Origin: Octopus sinensis
Taxonomy: Eukaryota
Direction of reading: 5' to 3'
Assembly (NCBI RefSeq): GCF_006345805.1
Contig: NC_042997.1
Span: 151,962,001 to 152,026,000 of the forward strand
DNA: 64,000 bases
Part shown: positions 1-11,797 of the stretch, in pieces
Layout of the letters: each line of letters begins with the position of its first letter
Position numbering within the stretch: the stretch's first letter is position 1
Translations under genes and position numbers: made by a program
Notes under the pieces: model-generated
What the model saw: the letters and a program-made list of their open reading frames with translations, nothing else
The model's database searches: none
What the model was told of the DNA's origin: nothing

Positions 1-341
1 CGAGAAAGAACAAGAGAGAGCGAGATGGTCATTACTGGATTGTCATCGAGTCTAGGATCGTCTCGATCAGAACTCTATTTATCTTATTACCATTGTTGCC
101 TATATCGTTGTTGTTGTAATGAGGTTGCAAGGGTACGACACATTTCAATGATATGTGCTGGGTGTTTATGATGGTCGTAGTTTTCCTTAGAAAATAAAAC
201 ATTTAAACCAGGTACAGTATTTATATTTTGACGATATTTAAAAAAACCTTTTTGACACGATTAGGATATGTGAAGGGCATTGTATTACAAGACAGCCAAA
301 ATAAAAGATGGTTATGAAGAACTGTTTGAAGCAACTTGCCC

Positions 342-572
342 ATGTCATTAAGAAGCTAGCTTTCCAGCCACGTAGTTCCGAGTTCAGTCCAACTCCGCGG
401 CGCTAAAGTCACTACACAAGACTGCTTTTTTTACTATAGCCCTTGATTAACAAAGGTCTTGTGAGTGAATCTGTTTAACAGAAACTGTGAGGAACCTGGT
501 CGTACATATGTGTGTATGTGTGTGTGTGCATGATGTGTGTGTGTGTGTGCATGATGTGTGTGTGTGTGTGTG

Positions 573-603
<31 letters not shown>

Positions 604-835
604 TGTGTGTGTGTGCTTGTGTTGTGTATATCTTTGTGCCTATAGTTGTCCTCGCACACACTTGACAATCGGTGGTGGTTTATTTGCGAATCTGCAACTT
701 AGCGGTTTAGCAATGAGATTCGATAGAATAAGTACCAGATTTTTGAAAAGTAGCACTGAAGTCGATTTGTTTGGCTAAAATCCTTCCGAGAGGTGCTTGA
801 GCATTGTTGCTGTTTAACGACTGAAACAAGCAAAA
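342..835 (+). mobile_element. tRNA-derived SINE, family A (CORE-like box, internal (TG)n microsatellite), degenerate copy
   Basis: B-box-like gttccgagttcagtcc, body 'cttgtgagtgaatctg...gaaactg', internal (TG)n, 3' part 'cttagcggtt...gatagaataagtacc...gactgaaacaag'. Colinear with copies at 18548, 27329 and 41599. Confidence 0.8.
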
Positions 836-1003
836 TAGGTACATGTTTACAAAAAGGGTATGTTTACATGCGACGATGTAAACAACTCGACGGTAATTGA
901 ACCAGAGGACTAGCTAAACAGTTTTTCTATGTGCTAGGAGTTATGATAAGCATTAGAGTTAAACTATGAAACATATGTAGCCTTTACTTCCCTTTCCAAT
1001 ACC

Positions 1004-1560
1004 TTGGATTGTCCGGAAAGTTCGTGCCGAATTTTAAAGGAAAGAAAAAGGTCAATAAATGCTTGCATTATATTTTTAATCAACCAAATATGAACCATTT
1101 TGTTGCACAATGCGTCTCTATCTTTCCTTTAACTTGAAAATACCCTCTTCCCAGAATTGAGGTGATTTCATGGCAAAGAATTCATCAAGGTATCTTTTTA
1201 CGTCATCCGAGGAATTGAAATTTTTACCGTTAAGACTATTCCGCAGAGACCTGGAAATCCGAAGGAGCAATATCTGGTGAATATGGAGGGTAGGGTAACA
1301 CATCCCAACCGAGCTGCAGCAATTTTTGCCTGGCCCCCAAAGCTTCAAGTGCCGAAAATCAACTATCTTATCTTCCATTTTAAAGGGTTACAGAATTAAC
1401 ACAGGTTATAGGAACATAAATCTTCTTCCACGAAAAGATAGCTTAAACTGTGCTCTAAATGGAGGTGTAGTCAAATCCTTTTTTATGGACTCAACCACGT
1501 TCTAAAATAAGTCGAAAGGTAAGCTACTATAAATCGGTACGAAGTTTCTGGACAACCCGA
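1004..1560 (-). mobile_element. Internally deleted mariner element with TIRs
   Basis: TIRs ttggattgtccggaaagttcgtgccgaattt (1004) and aaatcggtacgaagtttctggacaacccga (1531-1560), followed by TA. Minus strand encodes ...KLLQLGWDVLPYPPYSPDIAPSDF, then a frameshift, then RSLRNSLNGKNFNSSDDVKRYLDEFFAMKSPQFWEEGIFKL (mariner YSPDL motif and C-terminus). Confidence 0.93.
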
Positions 1561-1877
1561 TATATATGGAAGGAAGTAATGTTGATGTAGTCGGTATTTC
1601 CTTTCCTTTCTCATGTCTGGTTCTGAAAGAGTTCAGCTTAGCATTTAAACCGTTACAGCTAAGCAACGAAGTGAATTGCAAATATGTAAAATCGGAAATT
1701 TAAAGCTCCGAGAAATATCGTTATCTCATATTTTCAAATTTTAAATACATTTTAAATGAGCAAAATTAACAAAATCTCATCAAGCGCAAGGCAGTCATTA
1801 GCTATTTCTTAATTATTAACTATAGTTTGGGAGCTATAATGATTCGTTCAATATCTTAATCTATTTTACATTAGTAT

Positions 1878-1953
1878 TTGTGGCTGATTTTATATTTTAA
1901 ATGTAACCAAAAACAGATATCTGTGTTTGAGTCACAAGTACGAGTAATAAAGT
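1878..1953 (+). repeat. ~75-bp direct repeat, copy 1 (copy 2 at 4856-4932)
   Basis: tgtggctg-ttttatattttaaatgtaaccaaaaacagatat-tg-gtttgagtcacaagtacgagtaataaagt occurs twice with about 3 substitutions. Confidence 0.9.
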
Positions 1954-2114
1954 TAATAACATTTTATTCAAAATTTAAATTTTAATGTTCTTTCTTGTAA
2001 TTTTTCTGCTTTAAGTGAACAAATATTCTAAACCTGTTGTATAAATATTTTACTTGTTTCAGTCAGTTGGAAGTGGTCATACTGTGGCCATGAAATAATT
2101 GGAGTAACTCACTC

Positions 2115-2230
2115 TGGTGGTGGTGGTGGTTGTGGTGGTGGTTAAAGGAGAAGAAGAGGAGAATGAGAGAGAGAGAAATAGAAGAAGAGATAAGAAGGAA
2201 AAAAAAGAAGCTCGCAAGCAAAGAAGCAAC

Positions 2231-2283
<53 letters not shown>

Positions 2284-2294
2284 ATAGTAGTAGT

Positions 2295-2354
<60 letters not shown>

Positions 2355-2580
2355 TGTTGTTGTTGTTGTTGTTGTTGTTAGGCGTTTCTTGTATTAATTT
2401 ACATGTTCTTGTCGTTTCTGATGTTGTTGCTGTCGTTGTTGATGCTGATCATGATCATGATGGTCATGATGATGACGATGACGATGATGAAGATGACGGT
2501 GATGGTGACGACGACGACGACAATCATGATAATAATGATGATGATGGTGGTGGTGATGGTGACGTCGTCGTCGTCGTTCT
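2115..2580. repeat. Compound trinucleotide microsatellite (TGG, AGT/AGC, TGT, GAT/GAC)
   Basis: Seen directly; explains the poly-S, poly-D and poly-L ORFs. Confidence 0.95.
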
Positions 2581-3449
2581 TATTGTTATTCCACCAAGGC
2601 TTCAGCGCTGGTCAAACACCGATCGAGCAGAACAAACTTTAAGCGTATTTCTGTCGTAAGCAATCTGTCGTTCTAAGACAGAAAAATCAACGATTTACAT
2701 TTCAATAATGTTACATAATTTCAGAAGGCAAAGTATGATTTTAAGAGAAGATTTTTACTGTAACATATATGACTTCTGTACCTTTCTTTATTTGACTTGT
2801 ATGCATTCTTCGTTTCGTATTCTTTGCACAACTATATTTTCTATGGCGTAAGATTGTAGTGGTTGTCGTAGTCGTCAAAATCATTGTTGCTGTTGTCGTA
2901 ACTTTTGTATATTTTGTGCTGTTTATTTTATGTACTTATTTGTTTTGTCGTTGTTTGGTTTCCTTTCGTTTTAGTACACCTGCCTATCAAGATGAAGGTT
3001 GCGAGAGAAAAGGTTAAGTGGCAGGTGGTTGGTGGATGAAGAAATAGTGTTTTACACACTCTATCTTACATAAAATATTTTGTTTTATTTCTTCAAGTTT
3101 TGTTAGAGATCTGATTAACATCAGCGTCTTCATCAGCTATTTTACCCACTACTATCATCATTGTTGTCGTCGTCATCATCATCATTGTCTTCAACATAAC
3201 TGACATCTTCACCAATATCGCCATCGCAATTTCGGCACCATATTTGCTATCATTGTGACCATACCTGCTGGTACACACGCATACAAACACACGCATGCAC
3301 ACACACACACACACGCACACGCACACACACACACACACCACACACACACCACACACACACACACACACACTCACACGCACAACACACAAACTCAGCACAC
3401 ACTCGGGCACCCGCATGCATGTATATATATGTATGTGTATATATATATA

Positions 3450-4395
3450 TGTCCCATTTTTGTATCACCTAACTGTCCGGATGGTGTGCGATCTTGTCCT
3501 CATTCTACATTGAGAGAAGGACGAGATGGACGCTTCATTTTTATGCTGTTGCCGCATTATGTCGTACGCGAATGAGAGGATTTGCATTCCCAACGTAGAA
3601 TTTTTGATGTAATACATGTCCTTGAGGTAGTAGTTGTGCGCGGCTGAAGAAGGCCACACTTTGGTCTCTTATATGTAAGTATACATTTTTCTAAATCTTG
3701 TGTACGACTCTATTTCTGTCTATCAGCCCGTTCACGCTTATTCGTTCATTCCACTCTTCGTTCTTTTGTTTCTCCTCTCTCACATTTCTTTGCCTTCTCG
3801 TCTCTCTCATGTTCCCTCCACTTTTCACTTCACTTTGCCCCTGTCATTTTTTCTCGCCCCTCCTTAATTCTTCTGTCCCTCTGCCTCTATATCTCTCTCT
3901 TCTCTTCCCACGTGACCGGCGTTCTACCAAGCATGATTTTTCTTTTTTGGTCTGGCCGTTGTCCGTGCAACATCGATATTCCTCTCTGTGTCTGTGAAAT
4001 CTTGTATCCCTGCTGTAAGGCTTCATTTCCACACACGCTAGCTTAATTTAATTCGACCTTTGTCGAAAAACATCTGTTGTTATGCCCTGTTATTATTTTT
4101 ATTGTATTTGTGTAACATTATCCGTTTTTTTCCATCCTTGTTTTTGTATACATTCGCTTCTTTCTTCCAAGGAATCTAATGCGCTTAGCTTAGTTTTTCC
4201 TTTGGGCTGGCCAGATTGGAGCAATCTCGAGTAAAATCAGCCGAAATTGCGATGCTAATCTGGTACTCGACTGAGGAAAGAAAGCTTCGAATGACTCGTC
4301 CTTGTTTTCTTGGTATCGTCTATCTGGATGTTTTGTTGTTCCATTTTTGTATCACCTAACTGTCCAGATGGTTTACGTTCTTGTTCTATTTTGTG

Positions 4396-4400
<5 letters not shown>
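3450..4400 (+). mobile_element. Non-coding dispersed repeat with ~50-bp terminal direct repeat (Penelope-like pseudo-LTR architecture, tentative)
   Basis: ccatttttgtatcacctaactgtcc(g/a)gatggt at ~3454 and ~4341. Segment 3552-3625 recurs inverted at 60238-60311. Flanked by (TA)n. Confidence 0.55.
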
Positions 4401-4452
<52 letters not shown>

Positions 4453-4559
4453 CCTCGTCAAGTCTAACGACCATGCATGTTTATTTTCGTTCGATTTCCT
4501 TGTATGTCTCCACTGTCCTGTTTTTGTTCCCTCCTTTGACCCTCCATAAATCGCAAATT

Positions 4560-4779
4560 TTATTTTGTATTTGTGGGAGCAACTGCCATCGAAGACTCAT
4601 ATTGTCGTTCAATGCTCGAAATGAGGAGTAGATAGGCGACCGACAACTGATGACGGTTCGTTTTTTATGTTACTTGTCCTATTTTCCATTTGTTTCTCTC
4701 GTTGTTTGCATATTCAACTCAATTTTTGTTTTTGCATTTCATGTTGTTTACTGTTTGTGACGTCCTGTACCCATATATG

Positions 4780-4782
<3 letters not shown>
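4560..4782 (+). repeat. Dispersed repeat (same family as 13997-14200)
   Basis: gctcgaaatgaggagtagatag...ccgacaactgatga...ttacttgtcc...gtgacgtcctgtacccatatatgca is shared with 14000-14200. Confidence 0.75.
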
Positions 4783-4856
<74 letters not shown>

Positions 4857-4940
4857 TGTGGCTGCTTTTATATTTTAAATGTAACCAAAAAACAGATATA
4901 TGCGTTTGAGTCACAAGTACGAGTAATAAAGTCGGTATGC

Positions 4941-5013
<73 letters not shown>

Positions 5014-5089
5014 CCCAACAACAACGATAATACCAGGATAGAATTCATAAATATTTAATTCATCGCTACGTAAGTTTCCACAGATTAGA

Positions 5090-6405
5090 TGATTTGGGGA
5101 TTAGTGCAGTATAGCACTATTATCCATGGGCATCAGCATTAATTCATTTCATCAGGTGATACTGTATAATCTGCATGTACTTGGTAGGGGAAGGTACGTA
5201 ATGGCAGTGGAATAAGGAACGGTTGTAATATGGAGATGGTGGTGTTTGTGGTGACGTTGGATTTATTTGCTATTCATTCTGCAGGTTTTAAGGATGGTCA
5301 TTCATTTAGCAGATTTAAGGATGGTAGGATATTTCTTTGTTCTATTTCGCTCAGTACCTGACTCTCCTTAATACATTCTGAACCTAACTGTTAATCAGTT
5401 GTTATATAGTGAGGTTTGTTGACTGCATCGATTAATACCACCATTCTTACCGTGACTTTTTCACTGTTTCTATTGTTGTGATAGTGTTTGTCAACATTGG
5501 GATTTTCAATTATTTGTTTGGGTTCCTTCATTATTATATGATTTGTTACTTGTTTTTCAAAATAATTTATTTTTTCAAATCCCTTAAACAAAATAGCAAA
5601 GAAACAAAATATCATTCATGAGATTTGAAAAGAATATATTTTGAAAACAAGTAACAAATCTTAGAATAATGAAGGAACCCAAACAAATAATTGAAAATAC
5701 CAATGTTGACGCACACTACTACAACGGAAACAGTGAACAAGTCACTATAAGAGGGGTTCGTATTAAATCAATGTAGTCAACAAATCTCACGATATAGCAG
5801 CTGAACACCTGTTGGGTTCAGAATATATTGCTGAATGAATGACCATCCTTAAAATCTGCAGAATGAATAGCAAACAAATCCAGCACCACCACAGGGCAGC
5901 GGACTCGCGGTCGTAAGAATGCGGTTTCGATTCCCAGACCGGGCATTGTGGGTGTTTATTGAGCAAAAACACCTAAGCTCCACGAGGCTCCGGCGAGGGT
6001 GGGGTGAACCCCGCTGTACTCTTTCACCACAACTTTCCCTACTTCTGCCACAAAGCAGAGGAACCATGGTGTAAACCACTATGGTGTGGTAAAATTTCAG
6101 AACCTAGTCTAGACTGCGAATCCTCTGTACCCCAGGATGGTTCAGCTCTCCACCCGTTAAAAGCCACCGTTTACGGAATGAGGATAACAACGTAGCTTTC
6201 GTGCCCTTGCAACCGCCAGTCTATCGCGTGTGGTGGGTGGATATTCAAGTTGCCACACGCATTCTTAGTAGCTTAGAGCAGTCTCGAATTAGAGATTATA
6301 CTCTGTGGCTAATGGCGTGAGTCCTGATTGGAAGAAGAAGAAGAAGAAGAAGAAGAAGAAGAAGAAGAAGAAGAAGAAGAAGAAGAAGAAGAAGAAAACA
6401 ACAAC

Positions 6406-6437
<32 letters not shown>

Positions 6438-6722
6438 AACAACAACAACAACAACAACAACAAGAAAAATAAGAAGAACAAGAACAAGAACAAGAACAAG
6501 AAGAACAAGAAGAAAATACCACAAACACCAACATCCCCGTATTGCTACCACTCCTTCCTCTACTCCCATCACGTACATACAGAAGTAGAAAGCTGGATTG
6601 GCCTTCATATGACAAGAAAGGATAAACGTCCCTCTGAGATTCATCCAATTATACAGTATCGTCTGATGAAATGGATCAATGATGCCCACAGATAATACGG
6701 ACTATACTGTAGTAACCCCAAA
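5090..6722. repeat. Large imperfect inverted duplication: left arm ~5090-5582, right arm 5621-5893 plus 6518-6722, interrupted by an insertion
   Basis: ttatttgtttgggttccttcattatt vs aataatgaaggaacccaaacaaataa; ctgcaggttttaaggatggtcattcatt vs aatgaatgaccatccttaaaatctgcag; catttcatcaggtgatactgtataat vs attatacagtatcgtctgatgaaatg. Confidence 0.88.
5894..6517 (+). mobile_element. Chimeric retroposon: tRNA-derived SINE head, unrelated body, (GAA)/(AAC)/(AAGAAC) tail, accaca TSD
   Basis: B-box ggtttcgattcc; 'aaacacctaagctccacg' shared with the SINE at 12737-13023; simple-repeat tail; accaca at 5888-5893 and 6518-6523. Confidence 0.7.
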
Positions 6723-6837
6723 GATACCGACTCTGATGTGAAGGTCATCTGATCTATGGCAACATACGTAGCGATGTATTAAATATTTATAAATTCCATC
6801 CTGGTATTATTGTTATTATTATATTTATCTTATTTAT

Positions 6838-7090
6838 ATTGACTGCAGCCATGATAGAGCACTGCCTTTAGTCGAACAAATCGACCCCAGGACTTATATT
6901 CTTTGCAAGCCTAGTATTTATTCTATCGGTATTTTTTTCCGAACCGCTAAGTTACGGGGACGTAAACACACCAACATCGGTTGCCAAGCGATGATGGGGA
7001 ACAAACACAGACACACAAACATACACACGCACGCACGCACGCACACACGCACACATGCACACACACATACACACACACATACACACACAC
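6838..7090 (-). mobile_element. SINE family A, 3' half
   Basis: Close match to 41640-41830 (gactgcagccatg...gaaccgctaagttacggggacgtaaacacacc...). Confidence 0.85.
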
Positions 7091-7412
7091 TGCGTTTCAG
7101 ATCATTATAAACTACGTAATATATTTTTATTTTATTTAAAAACTGTTCATTGGAATTCAACGGAAATTTTTACAGAATGTTGGCAACGTTTATATGCGCG
7201 TGGTGAGTAAAAAACGCGAGATTCTGTAAAGCAACACGATAACTACGGCCATTTACCCAATTTACGTACACTTTCACAGTTTCGAATTATTAAAGTGGTA
7301 TAATTAAGACCCATGTAAACAAGAAAATACCAATCTAATTTTTTGATGTGCACACTGAAATGAATACATACAGTCATAATCTTGAAAGAAATAGAAATAA
7401 ACAAATAAACTG

Positions 7413-7492
7413 CGTTATTTACATTGTTTACATTTGACGGATATTGGTCCTCATCTTGTTTGTTGTTAACACAACGTTTCGGCTGATATACT
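7413..7492 (-). repeat. Truncated copy of the hammerhead-bearing repeat found at 54692/55078
   Basis: Reverse complement tatatcagccGAAAcgttgtgttaacaacaaacaagatgagg matches 55150-55190; the CUGA half is missing. Confidence 0.8.
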
Positions 7493-8486
7493 TCATAAGG
7501 AGCCGACAATGCAACAAGATCTTCCGTAGGTTTTGATAACGGTCATTTATTTGGCCGATCAAGTGAACAGACAACTCGTTAAATGAATGTGCAAGTTGCT
7601 GAATATTCCACAGGCACATGTATTCATAGCCTAATTCCCAAACCTAATCGGCATGATATATTATACGTATGGCAAAGTTTGGTCTTTTGAATTGCCAGTA
7701 AATTTTATCTGGTGAGTTTCCACAAAGTTATCTTCGACTAAATTTCACTCACAAGGATTTGGTCTACCCGAGATAATAGTAAAGATAATTGCCTTTCATG
7801 CCTCACCATGGGACCTGGCGGAGTCCTCATGATTTAAATTTAATTAACCATTCAACCTTTCCCATATTCAACAAACTCGCTTCCATATGTATGAAGTATG
7901 TTTGAAGAGTATCAAATGCCGAAAGAAGACTTATAAATTATCTGCCGGTTGATTCATTACTAAAATAAATACCAATAAGAGACACTTCCCGCTTAACAAA
8001 CACAGTAATTAACTTAATGTTGACCATTTTTGATGTAGTAACAACAGTCTAATTAAACACACTTATACCTTGAAGAGAAGTCTAGATTAGCTTAAATACT
8101 AATCTATAATATAAATTGGACATGGGCGATCGTTCTATTCTTTCTTGTCTTGAGTTTCACAGCCAAACGGCTGGGTGGATTCGCGTCAAAAATGGCACAC
8201 ATGTGGAGACAGGTGCATAGAGTGGAATGCAGTTTGTATTTTTTTCCTAACCCCCATACTTACCGAGAAAATCGATTAAAACCTTTTCTCATGGAGTTTC
8301 CCTCTTTCTTCTGCCATTAAAACAACCAGTTGCTTAGATGCTGTTTTCTGACGGGATGGGGTCAGGAACTTTTTTCACATAGCTGGAGGCTCCAATCGAA
8401 ATACGGGAACCCGAAATGATAAGGTTGAGAAACGCTGTCATAGATTATGCCTAACCGAAAACGATCACAGCCACATCATCCAAACA

Positions 8487-8516
8487 GACCGGGTGAAACC
8501 GGGCTTAGCTGCTAGT
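8487..8516 (+). mobile_element. Helitron-like 3' terminus
   Basis: GC hairpin ccgg-gtgaaa-ccgg followed ~9 nt later by CTAG then T (gaccgggtgaaaccgggcttagctgCTAGt). 5' end not located. Confidence 0.55.
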
Positions 8517-9328
8517 ATTATATATGTCATTTCAGTTACATATTTTTTGCATGTCTATGTATGTACGACATTGTACATTTTGTAAGGCATTCTCTCATGC
8601 TTGTACATTCTCTCCGTGCTCCAGCATATGCAAAGAAATCTATACCTCACTGAGGATACCTAATAATATAATTTCAGTTCTGGAAAACCACGCTTTCCAT
8701 ACAAAAGTCTCGTGGTCTTGGTGTCACCATGATCTAGTAGTTTCGCAAAAAGATTTGATACCATAAATACTAGATTTAAAATATTAGCACTGGTGTTAAT
8801 TTACTTTCCGTTAAACTTTCAGGGCAATGCCCCATAATGGCTGCAGTCGAAAGTTGGAAACATCTAAATAATAGAAGAATAATTGATATTTCTATTTCTC
8901 TTGCTGATGGACAAACAAAACAATAAACATAGCGGCATTTCGGTTAAAGAATCTTGTAAAAAAGGGTAGACAATTTCAAGAAGGGAAAAGCTAATTTATC
9001 AACTTACAAGCTCATAGAAAGAGCAGTCTGATCTTTATAAGCTAAGGCAAATTATTTTCGGTCTATTAGCACAATCTTGCGAATAGCACAATCTTGCAAA
9101 ACACGTCAAATCAGTTGACAGATTTTTAGATACAGAAAAGTAGTTACGCCCATTTTTGTTTTTGTTTTTTTTTAGTCCAAACTTATTTGAATTGTTAAAG
9201 CTATAAGCGTAGATACTGTTGGTGGTGGAGACGGTGGTAGTTTATGGTGGTGGTAGGAAGGGGATCTCTCGAACCCGTGATAGATTCTTCCGAAATTTGT
9301 TGTTGAACGACCTGTACGGATGACTTGT

Positions 9329-9441
9329 TTATGGGGACGAAACATGAGGGCCGTGCATTGCCTCACTCCCTCCATCAAAGCGACACTGCCTGTTGTAGAT
9401 GTGCAGTGTGCCATCCTTCAGATGTCTAAGTGATCGCAAGA
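9329..9441 (-). CDS. Candidate terminal coding exon, unknown product
   Basis: Strong minus-strand acceptor ctcccttcacctattaCAG|, then an open frame xLRSLRHLKDGTLHIYNRQCRFDGGSEAMHGPHVSSP* in locally GC-richer, non-repetitive sequence. No homolog recognised. Confidence 0.35.
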
Positions 9442-10329
9442 CTGTAATAGGTGAAGGGAGATAATCCTAATTGCCCAAAGACATGAATTCCAATAATTAA
9501 TTCAACGTCTGATGCACTGAATGCGCTATACGTTAAAAAATCCTCTCTCCAATATCATGGTATGTTTTCAGTGATATAGGCAATAGCAAGACTGTGAAGT
9601 GTACGAATGAATTAGTGCTCTAGAGAGAAGCTAATAATAATAGATTTTGTTATATTGATGCCAACAGTGAGAAAGTACGCACAAAGCGACTGAATGGAGC
9701 TCGATAGCATTGATTTAAATTTAAATTTTCGTTTGAAATAAGAAATAAATCATACTTTATTTGTGTTATTTCAATTCCATTATTAATATTACTATCATTG
9801 TTATGTTATTAATTTTCTGGGTTTTATTGTTGTTAACATTGTTGCTGTTGTTATTACCACTATCATCATCATCATCATCATCATCATTATTATCATTATT
9901 ATGATTATTGAAATATTTGATTCTTTGCATTTGTTTATTCATTTACTGTTTTTCTTGTATATTGTTATTTATTTATTTATTTGTTAATTAATTATTCTTT
10001 CTTTGTTTAACATCATAAGTTACTTCTTGGATATCTCTATCTTTTGGTGTGATTTATACATTTTATTTAATTTCACTTCTATCTGATATGAAAATAATTT
10101 ATTCGTCTATATCAGAGTCACTTGCTAATTTTTTTTTCTTCTCAACTCCTTTCATTCTTTCAATCTTTCATTCTTTTATTCTTCTATTCTTTTATTCTTG
10201 CATTCCTTCTTTCTCCCGGGTATGATACTAATGATAAACATCATATAAAGCTGTAATGAAATCAGAAGCGCAAGTTCTTTTAGTTCTTTCCTTTTGTTTT
10301 CTTTTCTCTTTGTAGGTTATTTTCTCACG

Positions 10330-10413
10330 TGGATGTGCATGCACGTACGCACACACGCGCACGCGCGCACCACACTCACAACACGTATATGCATATGTGA
10401 GTATGAATGTATG

Positions 10414-10467
<54 letters not shown>

Positions 10468-10578
10468 AAATATATACATACACACATACATACACACACA
10501 TACATACAACATACATACATTCATACATAACATACATACATACAACATACATACATACAACATACATACATACATACA

Positions 10579-10641
<63 letters not shown>

Positions 10642-11310
10642 GCTCATTTGCATATATAGAGTATGTTTCTACGTAGGTTTCCAGATATTTATGTATACAT
10701 GCGTATAAATATGTCTTTGTGCGTGCATCTGTGTTTATACAAACATACATACATACATACATACATACATACATACATACATACATACATACATACATAC
10801 ATACATACATACATACATACATACATACATTCATACATACATATATATATATCATACGTACATACATATAAGTATATATATATATATATATATATACATA
10901 TACATACATATACACACACACATACACATATATATATATTATGTATGTATATATGTATGTGTGTATATATGTATATGTGTATGTATGTATGTAAGCAAAC
11001 ATTCACATATTTCTTATTGTCATACTGCTTAACAAAAACATTTGATTTATGGAATTTTGATTGTTGCCTCGTCGGTAGTATGTATGATAGTAAATCATGA
11101 ATTGTACAATTCTCTCTAGATACTAATTGCAGAAACCTAACTCAGCACAAATATTATCAAACTCTTGCACAAATGTAGGTGAATGTGAACACAAAAATTT
11201 TAATAGATCTAGATCTAGAAGCATCCATAATGTTCTTCAGTCTCCACACCAAGCTGCATAATACGAAAAGTGGTATTAAATACATACATACGCACAATAT
11301 GTATGCATAG

Positions 11311-11351
<41 letters not shown>

Positions 11352-11385
11352 CATATACGCACAAACACATACACATTCATACACA

Positions 11386-11460
<75 letters not shown>
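10330..11460. repeat. Compound (TA)n/(TACA)n/(CA)n microsatellite field
   Basis: Seen directly. Confidence 0.95.
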
Positions 11461-11465
<5 letters not shown>

Positions 11466-11721
11466 TTAGGGAATAAATCCAAACTTACAGGGGAAAATCA
11501 GATTTAGGATTGAATCCAATTTTATAGTAAAATATTATATTATATTAAATTAGAGACAAAACCACTATTAGGCAAATCAAACAATGAAAAACTTAAGCCA
11601 ATACATAAGATTATTTAATTTATATTATTTAAATATATAACAAAATTATTAAAAAAATATAATTAATATCACACTACGATCGTTTCATGGCTGCTAACTT
11701 CTTCAAATTGTCCCTAATTTA

Positions 11722-11787
<66 letters not shown>

Positions 11788-11797
11788 CACATATATA

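Noticed and set aside
4614-4660. GAAA...CTGATGA in the 4560/14000 repeat family as a permuted hammerhead
   Set aside because: I could not form stems I and III.
9067-9098. tagcacaatcttgc tandem duplication
   Set aside because: Ordinary short slippage duplication.
9313-9348. cGGATGA...gacGAAAc hammerhead-like motif
   Set aside because: Core mismatch, poor stems, and it overlaps the candidate exon on the other strand.
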